64,000 bases of DNA, from positions 47,083 to 111,082 of the IMG/VR virus record IMGVR_UViG_2636415425_000001. One strand, given 5' to 3'. Made by a program: the position numbers and the translations under genes. This document shows positions 9,637 to 17,740 of this stretch, piece after piece (within the stretch, counting starts at the first letter, position 1; each line of letters begins with the position of its first letter). The stretch comes from a virus. Lineage: Duplodnaviria; Caudoviricetes. The notes beneath the pieces were generated by a model. That model saw nothing but the letters and a program-made list of their open reading frames with translations, made no database searches and had not been told where the DNA came from.

Positions 9637-10542
9637 ATGAGCACAATCACGATTTGGACTTGCACCACGGAAGGCGACAACTGCGGGACCGAAACCACGG
9701 TGCACGCAACCCAAGGCGAGGCCGTGGACTACGTGCGCGCAGCGCTCCGCGATATTCTCAAAAACCGCAGACCCGAGCGCCTGGCAGCGATCGCGGCGGC
9801 GACCGCCGAGAACATCAAAGAACTCTGGGAAGATGCGGTTGACGGACCTTGCATCATCGAAGAGCAGTCCGTGACGCTTCCGCCCTTTGCGGTCGCGATC
9901 TACGAAACCCGCTACGGCGACGAAACGCGCCTCTACGCCAACACGGACGACGCGCAGACCTGGCGCCGCGAGATCGCCGCCGAGAACTGGGCGGCGCGGA
10001 TGGACGAGGAACGGCCGGCCGATGCCGACGAGACCGCAGACGCCTATTTCCATCACGTCGGCGAGGCGCGCGGCGACTTCTTCCGGGTCGAAGAGCTGGA
10101 GATGATCGGCGGCACAGTCCCGGTTGCGCCTGCCCAGGACTGGCGCCAGATCGCCCGCGACTTGGCCGGCGCGCTCGATGCATGCACCCATCAGATTGGC
10201 CAGATGCGCGGCATGTTCGACGACGAGGACGGCACGATTGCGGAAGCAGTTTCCGACGCTGACGCCGCCTCCGAAGCCTACCGCCGAGCCGCCGCCGGCC
10301 TCCCGGCTGCGCCCGCGCTGCAGCCCATCGGTCAAGATGACCGCGCCTGCTCGGAAGGCTGGGGCCTCTTCGAGAACAGCGACACAGGCCGGCTTGAGAT
10401 TCAGGCCGACGCCGAGTCCTCAATCTTTGTGCGTGACGGCGTGAGCCACGACGACGAGGCCGAGGCATTCGTAAAAGCAAAGGCCGCCGAGGGCAGCGAG
10501 TACCACGCCGCGGCGCTCGCCCGTGTCGGTACGGCCCAATAG
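9637..10542 (+). CDS. Acidic, apparently multi-module hypothetical protein
   Basis: Motif B pair + AAGGAG RBS; Asp/Glu-rich. Confidence 0.75.
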   Translation: MSTITIWTCTTEGDNCGTETTVHATQGEAVDYVRAALRDILKNRRPERLAAIAAATAENIKELWEDAVDGPCIIEEQSVTLPPFAVAIYETRYGDETRLYANTDDAQTWRREIAAENWAARMDEERPADADETADAYFHHVGEARGDFFRVEELEMIGGTVPVAPAQDWRQIARDLAGALDACTHQIGQMRGMFDDEDGTIAEAVSDADAASEAYRRAAAGLPAAPALQPIGQDDRACSEGWGLFENSDTGRLEIQADAESSIFVRDGVSHDDEAEAFVKAKAAEGSEYHAAALARVGTAQ

Positions 10543-10601
10543 GCCCGGCTACGATCGATTTTCCACCCCCGAGCTACGGCCGATTTTGAGGAGCAGCACA
10601 C

Positions 10602-10793
10602 ATGCACTTGAGCGAGACGACAAACGGAAAGCTGGCGGAGGTCTCAACCCAGATTGAGGAGCTAATCCGCTGGGCTGAAGCGGACGCCGAGCACGCCCGC
10701 GAAAACGACGCGCGTCAAACCGCGCGAGATGATCGGAGCCGCGCCGCGAAGCTCCGCAAGGCGCTCGCCCTGGTGCGAGCGTGCGAGCGATAG
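10602..10793 (+). CDS. Small helical protein
   Basis: Motif B pair + GAGGAG RBS. Confidence 0.65.
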   Translation: MHLSETTNGKLAEVSTQIEELIRWAEADAEHARENDARQTARDDRSRAAKLRKALALVRACER

Positions 10794-10870
10794 CCACTTG
10801 ACACCGCCGGCAATCTGACTCATTGAACAACCCCCGCGCGATTGTGCGCAAATTGAAAGGATGAAGACAC

Positions 10871-13234
10871 ATGCAGCATTCCGCCACCTATTCGCCCGAT
10901 GATAACAAGCTGCGCCTTTACCCGGCGCACCGGCTCGACGCCGAGGAGCACGCGCGCGTAAAGGCGCACGGCTTCAAATGGGCGCCGCGTCAAGAATTGT
11001 TCGTTGCGCCGATGTGGACGCCAGAACGCGAAGACCTGCTGATTGAGATGTGCGGCGAGATCGGCGACGAGGACAAGAGCCTGGTAGAGCGCGCCGAGGA
11101 TCGCGCCGACCGTTTCGACGAATACAGCGACAAGCGGCTGTCGGAAGCTAACCGCGCGCGCGAGGCCGTGGACCAGATCGCGGAGCGGTTCGCGATGGGG
11201 CAGCCGATTTTGGTCGGCCATCATTCCGAGAAGAGCGCACGCAAGGACAAGGAGCGGATGGACTCCGGCATGCGCAAGGCAATCAAGCTGTGGGACACTT
11301 CCAAATATTGGACGGCCCGCGCCGAGGGCGCCATCGCCCACGCGAAATACAAGGAACTGCCGGCGGTGCGTCATCGCCGCATCAAGGGCATTGAGTCCGA
11401 TAAGCGGAAGCTGGAGCGCCAGCAGGCCGAGACCGAAAGGCAGCTGAAAGCCTGGCAGATCGTCGCCGGCATCACGGACCCGGAGAAGCAGCGCGCGGCC
11501 GGTTTGGCCGTGGCCAACACCGGCGGTTATTGGTCGATGTCGTTTCCGCTGGCCGACTATCCGCGCGACCCGCCGGCCTCGCAGTATGAGGGACCGATGG
11601 GCCTTTGGTCGGCGATTGAAGGGAACGTCATCACCGCCGCCCAGGCCGCCGCTATCGCAATTCCTGGCCTGGAGCGCGGCGGGCCTCGGCGGGAGCGCTG
11701 GATTGCGCACTATGACAACCGGCTGGCCTATGAACGGGCGATGTTGGCCGAGCAGATCGGCGCGGAGGCCACTGCCAACCCGCTTGCAGACCGTTTCGCC
11801 TTCGCCGTTGGTGGTCAGGTGCAAACCCGCCGCAGCGACGATTGGCTTACGATTGTGAAGGTCAGCAAGGGCGCTAACGGCTCGGTTTCCAGCATTCAAA
11901 CCGCAGCCCCGTCAGGATCGCGCGGGCGCGGCGTTTACTGGAAGGTCGAAAGCGTCCGCGACTATCGCGCGCCGACCGCCGAGAACGTCGCCGCGGCGAA
12001 GGCCGCCACGAAGCTCCCGCCGATTTGCAACTATCCCGGCGAGGGATTCCGCGAAATGACTGAAGCCGAATGGAAGGCGCGCCGGCAGTTCTCGGATTTC
12101 TCCTATATCGGCACGGTGAAGGCGACCGAGACCCAAGGCGCGCACCGCGTCCGCCAGATGCCGACGCCCGGCGAGTTCTGGAAGGCGCAAAAGGTTTTCA
12201 TCACGGATGCAAAGCGCGTCGATCCGCCCAAGATCGCGCCGGCACCAGAGCCGACCGAACCGGCCGAATTTGTGGCTGAGTATGTCGCGCCGCCCGCGGT
12301 CGATCTTGACGCCATGCTGGCCACGGTCGGCGAAATCGTGGGCGCGCCGGTCGAGGCCGCGGCCCAGGACGAGCCCGAGGCCGCGCCGGCGCTGGCCCCG
12401 GATGCGCCCGCGGAAGAACCGCGACGCCTCGGCGACGCCAAGGCGGAGGCGCAGCGCATCGGCGCGGAGATCATCACCGGACTCGGCCAATTCCGTGTTG
12501 GCCTCGGCCAGCACGTTACCGACTGGTGCGACGACGAGGCGACCGCCTGGCGGCAGTTCTGCGGACTGGCTGGCGTGCCGTTTGAGGCCGAGGCCGTGCC
12601 GGCTGATCTGCGGCCGCGCGTTCTCGCCCCGGTCCCGGATACGGCCGATTTGCCGGCGCCGACCGCGGCGGACAGTTTCGAGGCCATGCGGGCGATGTTG
12701 AAGGGCGGCGGCGTGCAAGTCGTCGTCGCGCCTCAACTCTTCCCGACGTCGGACGAACTCGCCGCGGACGTTGCGGAGGCCGCGGACATCCGGCCCGGGC
12801 AACGCATCTTGGAGCCGAGCGCCGGAACCGGCGCCCTGATCGAGGCTGCGCGCAACTGCGCCAATGATCTGCAGGTGGTGGCGGTCGAGATCAACACGAA
12901 GCTGTGCCATGCATTGGCGGACCGCTTCACCGGCATGCAAATGACCGTCATCAATGCGGACTTTCTCGACATGGCCGGCGTCACGGACAAGTTTGATCGG
13001 ATCATCATGAATCCGCCTTTCGAGCGCGGCGCCGATATCAAGCATATCGAGAACGCGCGGCGGTTTCTGAAGCCTAACGGCCGCCTGGTCGCCATCTGTG
13101 CCGACGGCCCGCGCCAGCGCGCGAAGCTCGAACCGATCGCGGTGGAGTATCGCGCCCTGCCCGCGGGATCCTTCAAGGCTGCTGGCACCATGGTCAACAC
13201 GGCGTTGGTCGTGATCGACGGGCCGCCGGGATAG
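10871..13234 (+). CDS. DUF3560-domain protein fused to an amino-methyltransferase
   Basis: ATYSPDDNKLRLY, GQPILVGHHSE (DUF3560); C-terminal QLFPT, ILEPSAGTG, IIMNPPF. Confidence 0.88.
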   Translation: MQHSATYSPDDNKLRLYPAHRLDAEEHARVKAHGFKWAPRQELFVAPMWTPEREDLLIEMCGEIGDEDKSLVERAEDRADRFDEYSDKRLSEANRAREAVDQIAERFAMGQPILVGHHSEKSARKDKERMDSGMRKAIKLWDTSKYWTARAEGAIAHAKYKELPAVRHRRIKGIESDKRKLERQQAETERQLKAWQIVAGITDPEKQRAAGLAVANTGGYWSMSFPLADYPRDPPASQYEGPMGLWSAIEGNVITAAQAAAIAIPGLERGGPRRERWIAHYDNRLAYERAMLAEQIGAEATANPLADRFAFAVGGQVQTRRSDDWLTIVKVSKGANGSVSSIQTAAPSGSRGRGVYWKVESVRDYRAPTAENVAAAKAATKLPPICNYPGEGFREMTEAEWKARRQFSDFSYIGTVKATETQGAHRVRQMPTPGEFWKAQKVFITDAKRVDPPKIAPAPEPTEPAEFVAEYVAPPAVDLDAMLATVGEIVGAPVEAAAQDEPEAAPALAPDAPAEEPRRLGDAKAEAQRIGAEIITGLGQFRVGLGQHVTDWCDDEATAWRQFCGLAGVPFEAEAVPADLRPRVLAPVPDTADLPAPTAADSFEAMRAMLKGGGVQVVVAPQLFPTSDELAADVAEAADIRPGQRILEPSAGTGALIEAARNCANDLQVVAVEINTKLCHALADRFTGMQMTVINADFLDMAGVTDKFDRIIMNPPFERGADIKHIENARRFLKPNGRLVAICADGPRQRAKLEPIAVEYRALPAGSFKAAGTMVNTALVVIDGPPG

Positions 13235-13309
13235 TCCCGGCTGCGCCCTCCCGCTTACGACCGATTTCCAAACCCTCCCGGCTACGATCGATTTTGAAAG
13301 GAACACAGC

Positions 13310-13804
13310 ATGCCTGACCGTTTCGAATACACTTCGGAAGAGCGGATGTTGCTCGCCCGCCTGGCCCAAGGCCGGCAAACCGACCGGGATTGCATCCCTG
13401 AGCGCGTGCTCGTCAATCGAGGCATGGCGCGCCGGGTCGATCCCGGAGAGATCGAGATCACACCAGCCGGTCGCGACGAGCTCGCACGGATCGCCTCGAG
13501 CGCTGCTTTCTCCGGTCCAATCGACGGCGCACGCGCCGGCATCATCGAGGCGCTCGGCGGCGCGTTCGCAACGCCTCCGGCTTCGCCACCGCCTGGCCGG
13601 CAACTGACCGACGATGAGAAGGCCTTCATCGCTCGCATGGCGCCGCACGTCATGGCCGGCAAGACCCTCGAGGAAGCCGGGGCGGCCGTCCTCCAGGATG
13701 ATGAACGCTTGTGGCTGACCGCCATGGAGGATTCGGACGTCGGCCGCGCGATCCGCGGCGAGCTCGCCAAGGCGACATACGTCGCAGCGCGCGCGAAGCC
13801 ATAG
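13310..13804 (+). CDS. Hypothetical protein (possible N-terminal winged helix)
   Basis: Motif B + RBS; EITPAGR. Confidence 0.7.
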   Translation: MPDRFEYTSEERMLLARLAQGRQTDRDCIPERVLVNRGMARRVDPGEIEITPAGRDELARIASSAAFSGPIDGARAGIIEALGGAFATPPASPPPGRQLTDDEKAFIARMAPHVMAGKTLEEAGAAVLQDDERLWLTAMEDSDVGRAIRGELAKATYVAARAKP

Positions 13805-13877
13805 GCGCGGCTGCCCCGACTACGACTGATTTCCCATCACCCCCTCGGCTACGGCCGATTTGAAAGGAGAATTACCC

Positions 13878-14249
13878 ATGCTCGTCACCGTCAAGGCCGG
13901 CGCCAAGGTGGAAGGCCACACCTTCAGCCAGGACTCGAACCAAAACTTTGGGCGGGAGAAAGCCGAAGGCCTGATCAAAGATGGCCGCGCAAGGCCCGCG
14001 GCGTTCGACGCCGAGGGAATCTGCCGGATCAACACGCGGTTCGAAGCATGGCTCAACGAACATGGCGCGCTCGCGATCGGGTCTTGCGGCGATGCCTTTC
14101 TGCATCTCTCGCCGGAATTTCCGTTGGCTTACTTGCCCGAGGCACTGCAAGCCTATCAAGCGGGGCACCACCACGGCATGAGTTACGGCCGCAGCAAACT
14201 GCAGAACGAGCTTCTGAACTTGCTCGGGGCCGAGCCATGCAAGATATGA
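13878..14249 (+). CDS. Hypothetical protein
   Basis: Motif B pair + AAAGGAG RBS. Confidence 0.7.
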   Translation: MLVTVKAGAKVEGHTFSQDSNQNFGREKAEGLIKDGRARPAAFDAEGICRINTRFEAWLNEHGALAIGSCGDAFLHLSPEFPLAYLPEALQAYQAGHHHGMSYGRSKLQNELLNLLGAEPCKI

Positions 14250-14524
14250 CGGGGGAAGAGACAGTCACCGCGGCCGGCTACAGGGTTGCCACTCGCGCCG
14301 AGTTCGATGCCGCCACCGACGTGCCCGCGGGCGTGCGCCTGGTGGCCGATCGCCTCTTCAAACGCTGGGGCGGCGACTTCGTTGTTTACGATCCGGCCGG
14401 CGGTGATGACGGCTGGCTGCTGATCGACGACGACCGCGAGCAGATCATAGGCGAGACCGTGGAACACCTCGGACGGCTCAAACCTGAGCCGACTGCGCCG
14501 CCGGCACAAGGCTCGCTGTTTTGA
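14246..14524 (+). CDS. Hypothetical protein
   Basis: ATGA overlap; ends QGSLF (clamp-binding-like motif). Confidence 0.6.
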   Translation: MTGEETVTAAGYRVATRAEFDAATDVPAGVRLVADRLFKRWGGDFVVYDPAGGDDGWLLIDDDREQIIGETVEHLGRLKPEPTAPPAQGSLF

Positions 14525-14560
14525 CACCCGGATACGATCGATTTTGAAAGGAGACCGAGC

Positions 14561-14734
14561 ATGCCGCGGAACTGGATCGTGCGCGAGCGCCACCCATTCG
14601 ATGATGGATACTGGGCGCGCTATGACGGCAAACGCCGCCCCAACAAGTCATTGACCGAGAAACGTGAGGGCTGGGAGGCTTGCGACCGCGAGATTGCCGA
14701 AGAAGCCCACGACGCTGAGGAGGCTGTGCTATGA
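14561..14734 (+). CDS. 57-aa protein not in the ORF track
   Basis: Motif B + AAAGGAG; MPRNWIVRERHPFDDGYWARYDGKRRPNKSLTEKREGWEACDREIAEEAHDAEEAVL. Confidence 0.65.
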   Translation: MPRNWIVRERHPFDDGYWARYDGKRRPNKSLTEKREGWEACDREIAEEAHDAEEAVL

Positions 14735-15099
14735 GGCAGGTCCGCCGCGTCCCCGCCGATTGGCAGCACCCTCGCAATTCCTGGGGTCGATATACGCCGC
14801 TCCTTGAGTCCGCCCCGGATGCACCCGCGCCCGATCTTTCCCGCTGCATGCCGGCATGGCCGGAGGCGGAGCGCACCCACTGGCAGTTGTACGAGACCAC
14901 CAGCGCCGGCACGCCGGTTTCGCCGCCCTGCCCGTCGCCCGAGGCCTTGGCCAAATGGCTTGCCGACCACCATGTGGAGGCCGCACCAGGTTTCACCGGA
15001 ACGGAGGCGCAATGGCTCGGCGCCATCAAGCGCGGCGGCGTCATTCCGCCGGTGATGACCGTCGGCAAGCAGCAGGTCTCGCCGCTGGATTACACCTGA
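14731..15099 (+). CDS. Phage hypothetical protein
   Basis: RRVPADWQHP...WQLYETTSAGTPVSP. Confidence 0.75.
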   Translation: MRQVRRVPADWQHPRNSWGRYTPLLESAPDAPAPDLSRCMPAWPEAERTHWQLYETTSAGTPVSPPCPSPEALAKWLADHHVEAAPGFTGTEAQWLGAIKRGGVIPPVMTVGKQQVSPLDYT

Positions 15100-15193
15100 T
15101 CGGCCGGGACTCCCGGCTACGATCGATTTTGTGCTACCCCCTCGGCTACGGCCGATTCCGGGCGATTGTGCCCAACCGGAAAGGAACTCTCAG

Positions 15194-15517
15194 ATGTCGC
15201 CCCCCAGATTTGTTCACCGCAAGATCTCGGCCGAGGACTTCAAGGCCGAGTTGGCGAAGCAGGGCATGTCGGTGCCGGCGTTCGCCCGTGTCTGGTGCCA
15301 GAACCTTTCGACCGTCACGAAATGGGCCAACGGCGGGAACGATATCCCGACCTGGGTGCCGATCGCGCTGACCATGATGACGCTGCCAAACGCTCACGGG
15401 ACCGCCCGTATGGCGGCGGCGGCGATGATCGAAGAAGATCGGCTGCATCCCGAGCTCGGAAAATTCCCGTACCAGAAGCTTCGGCAGATGCCGGCGGACG
15501 ACGAGATCGAGGAATAG
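15194..15517 (+). CDS. XRE-like HTH regulator, last gene of the array
   Basis: FKAELAKQGMSVPAFARVWCQNLSTVTKWANGGNDIP. Confidence 0.7.
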   Translation: MSPPRFVHRKISAEDFKAELAKQGMSVPAFARVWCQNLSTVTKWANGGNDIPTWVPIALTMMTLPNAHGTARMAAAAMIEEDRLHPELGKFPYQKLRQMPADDEIEE

Positions 15518-15523
15518 TCCCGG

Positions 15524-15739
15524 CTACGATCGATTTTGCGTGCCCCGGCTGCGCCTTTTCTTCGCCGCGTGCCGTTTCTTGGGCGGCGCTCGCTTCGCCG
15601 CTGGCGCCGGCGGCGCGTCCTTCGCTGCGGCCGCGGCGTCGAGGGCATCGAGCTCCCGCTTCTGCGCCTGCATCCGTTCCCACCTGGCTTCGCGTTGAGC
15701 GCGCAGCGCGTCGGCGCGCGGTGACGGCTCCCTGCTCAT
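15524..15739 (-). CDS. Small basic hypothetical protein
   Basis: Coupled to the upstream ORF. Confidence 0.45.
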   Translation of the reverse strand: MSREPSPRADALRAQREARWERMQAQKRELDALDAAAAAKDAPPAPAAKRAPPKKRHAAKKRRSRGTQNRS

Positions 15740-15924
15740 GACGGCGACCTTTGCCAGAACCAGCGGCGCCGGCGCAACAGCACGATTGCCTCTTGCGATC
15801 GGCCAGCAACGCTGATCGGTCGCCAACCGTCCGCAATTCGGCTGTTTAACTCTCGCCGCAACCATCCCTGCGACTGCGTGGAGTAAATGCTTTGGAGATC
15901 GTATTCGTAGCGATAGAGCAGCAT
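15736..15924 (-). CDS. Hypothetical protein
   Basis: AGGAG RBS; MLLYRYEYD. Confidence 0.5.
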   Translation of the reverse strand: MLLYRYEYDLQSIYSTQSQGWLRRELNSRIADGWRPISVAGRSQEAIVLLRRRRWFWQRSPS

Positions 15925-15935
15925 CGGTCCGACTC

Positions 15936-16202
15936 CTAACCTGCGTCCGTGGGGACTTCGCCGACCTCGAGCATGACCGGCGGATGGCTCTGCGAGATGA
16001 TCCGGAGGTGCACCGGCGCGCCGGCGTTCAACCGGGCCAACTCTTCCGCCGTCGGCATCCACGCGGACGACAGCGAGGGCAGCGAATTATTCAGCACCTC
16101 AACGCGGATCGGCAGATCCATGCACTTGCCATCCCTCTCCTCGTCCCAGTTCCTCGGCGCCTCCAGCACCTTGTTGCAGCCGGAGATCCTTGCGATTTCC
16201 AT
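15936..16202 (-). CDS. Phage hypothetical protein
   Basis: APRNWDE...SAWMPTAEELARLNAG...HPPV. Confidence 0.75.
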   Translation of the reverse strand: MEIARISGCNKVLEAPRNWDEERDGKCMDLPIRVEVLNNSLPSLSSAWMPTAEELARLNAGAPVHLRIISQSHPPVMLEVGEVPTDAG

Positions 16203-16212
16203 TAGTACCCTC

Positions 16213-16557
16213 CTACGATCGCATCCGGTCCGCTCGAGCCTGCAATCCCTTGCGGACGTTGTGCTCGGCGCATTTGCAGGCGCCGTTGTTCAGGTCTAGG
16301 GCGCGGGATCGATCGTCCCTGATCTCGACGACATGATCGGCGTACATCTGGTCGCCGTTGGCCCGGCTGCGCTCGCAGCGGACGCCATCCTCGACATGCT
16401 CGCAGCGCCAGCCGGCGCGCTTCTTGACCTGCAGCGCCCACCGCTGGTGCTCGGCAGTCTGGTAGTGCGGGTCCGCGCGCTTCTCCGGAGGCTTCACCTT
16501 CCTGGTGTCGAGGGTCGGAACGCGCGGGCCCAGCGTGGGAATTCGAGACCGCTTCAT
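16213..16557 (-). CDS. HNH endonuclease (gp74-like packaging cofactor)
   Basis: KRAGWRCE...ADHVVEI...LDLNNGACKCAEHN. Confidence 0.85.
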   Translation of the reverse strand: MKRSRIPTLGPRVPTLDTRKVKPPEKRADPHYQTAEHQRWALQVKKRAGWRCEHVEDGVRCERSRANGDQMYADHVVEIRDDRSRALDLNNGACKCAEHNVRKGLQARADRMRS

Positions 16558-16742
16558 TTCTTTTCCCCGCGCCGCGGCCCGAACATCTTCCGGCCCATAG
16601 ATCGCACCATTTCGCGCTGGTCCCATGTCATCACGTCGTTGTCGACATCGAGCAGGAGGAGACCATACTCACGCCAAACCCGCTGTTTCGTTTCCAGCGG
16701 CGTCTCGCGGCTATTGGGGGCAAACCGTCCGAGGGACATCAA
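16554..16742 (-). CDS. Hypothetical protein
   Basis: Coupled to HNH. Confidence 0.6.
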   Translation of the reverse strand: MMSLGRFAPNSRETPLETKQRVWREYGLLLLDVDNDVMTWDQREMVRSMGRKMFGPRRGEKK

Positions 16743-16749
16743 TCCAACC

Positions 16750-17649
16750 CTACTTCTGCAAGCCCATGCCGGCGGCGATCCTCAGCCGCCGAACCGCGTC
16801 CCATGTCCGGTCGACGATCTCGACGCCGTCGTAAAGCTTCACCAGCGCGTTCAGCGCGACCCGGAAGTCCGAATTGTTGGTGCGGTGCTCCTCGCCGCCA
16901 TGCATCCGGACGTCCTCGCTGCTGCACTCGAGCCCGATCCTGACCAGCAGGATGTCGAACTGCCGGCGGCCGAGCCGGCGTTCCACTTCCCTGAGCCGTC
17001 CGCTGGCCTCGAGGGCGATGGTGTGCGAGGGCGAGCCGCCGCCGCCACCATCGACCTTGTCCTGCAGCGCGAAGCCGCGCGACCCATGGAAGGTGGCCAG
17101 ATCGAAGTCGCGCCGAAAGCGATCCGCGGCGCTCTGGCGCAGCTTGTCCTCGGGATCCGCGGCGCCGCGCTTCTTGGACTCCGTGAGATTGAGGTGCGAT
17201 GCACGAACCGTGTCGACCAGCACGTTGAGCCTTGGATTTTGCGGGTCCGGGATGGTGTGCTTGCGCCGACCGCTGGCCAGGCGCTCGGCTTCATCGGCCG
17301 CCTTCTGCTCTTTCTTGGTGAGTGGCTTGCCCCAGAGATTCAGGGGATCGACGGAGTCAGTTGTCCCGCTCCGGAAGCCTTGCTGGAACAGCTTGTTCCG
17401 ATGCAGCGCCTCTTTCACACGACGAGCGCCCTCGGTGTCGCGGTCCATCAGGTACTCGACCACGAGTTCCTGGACGATGCGCTGCCGGCGTCGCGTCTCC
17501 TCAAACAGGAGTTGCCCCTCATAGGTCAGCCCCTTGTACGACTCCATCGGCCGCGCGCGCCGGATGTCGCGCATGAAAGCACGGGCTCGGCGATCGCGCT
17601 CCTTGTCGACGTGTACCGGTGCGACATCCGTGATCTGTGCTTGAGACAT
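16750..17649 (-). CDS. Probable late-gene regulator (antiterminator Q position)
   Basis: Position at the end of the early operon; AADRFRRDF...KVDGGGGG pattern. Confidence 0.55.
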   Translation of the reverse strand: MSQAQITDVAPVHVDKERDRRARAFMRDIRRARPMESYKGLTYEGQLLFEETRRRQRIVQELVVEYLMDRDTEGARRVKEALHRNKLFQQGFRSGTTDSVDPLNLWGKPLTKKEQKAADEAERLASGRRKHTIPDPQNPRLNVLVDTVRASHLNLTESKKRGAADPEDKLRQSAADRFRRDFDLATFHGSRGFALQDKVDGGGGGSPSHTIALEASGRLREVERRLGRRQFDILLVRIGLECSSEDVRMHGGEEHRTNNSDFRVALNALVKLYDGVEIVDRTWDAVRRLRIAAGMGLQK

Positions 17650-17740
17650 TCCATCCTCCACGCAGAATCACGGATATGTTTTGCGGAGGTGATTTGTCTA
17701 CGACTGCAAGCGGAAAGTTGGAGCGCCGTCCACCGTCGAT

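Larger units (their letters stand above)
3905..15185 (+). repeat. Start-associated repeat (motif A) GCGC-R-ATNG-T-GCGC-AA-N(2-5)-AAAGG(A), 11 copies
   Basis: Copies near 3905, 4128, 4875, 5536, 5819, 6380, 7755, 8256, 9304, 10835, 15160; each ends in an RBS 7-10 nt before a start codon. Confidence 0.92.
7345..15555 (+). repeat. Strand-polar repeat (motif B), core CCCGGNTRCG often extended by (GC/AT)CGATTT, about 23 copies
   Basis: 7345, 7366, 7402, 7471, 8206, 8233, 9240, 9575, 9600, 10119, 10302, 10544, 10569, 12634, 13236, 13250, 13277, 13815, 13844, 14527, 15112, 15141, 15519, 15544. Confidence 0.9.

Noticed and set aside
11912-13648. 578-aa minus-strand ORF
   Set aside because: Shadow of the DUF3560-MTase gene; no motifs
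3905-15555. Repeats read as a CRISPR array
   Set aside because: Spacing is hundreds to thousands of bp, intervals are whole genes, repeats are degenerate and no cas genes are seen
8206-15555. Motif B read as integron attC sites
   Set aside because: No RYYYAAC/GTTRRRY ends, no long imperfect palindrome and no IntI-type integrase; only the cassette-like placement is shared
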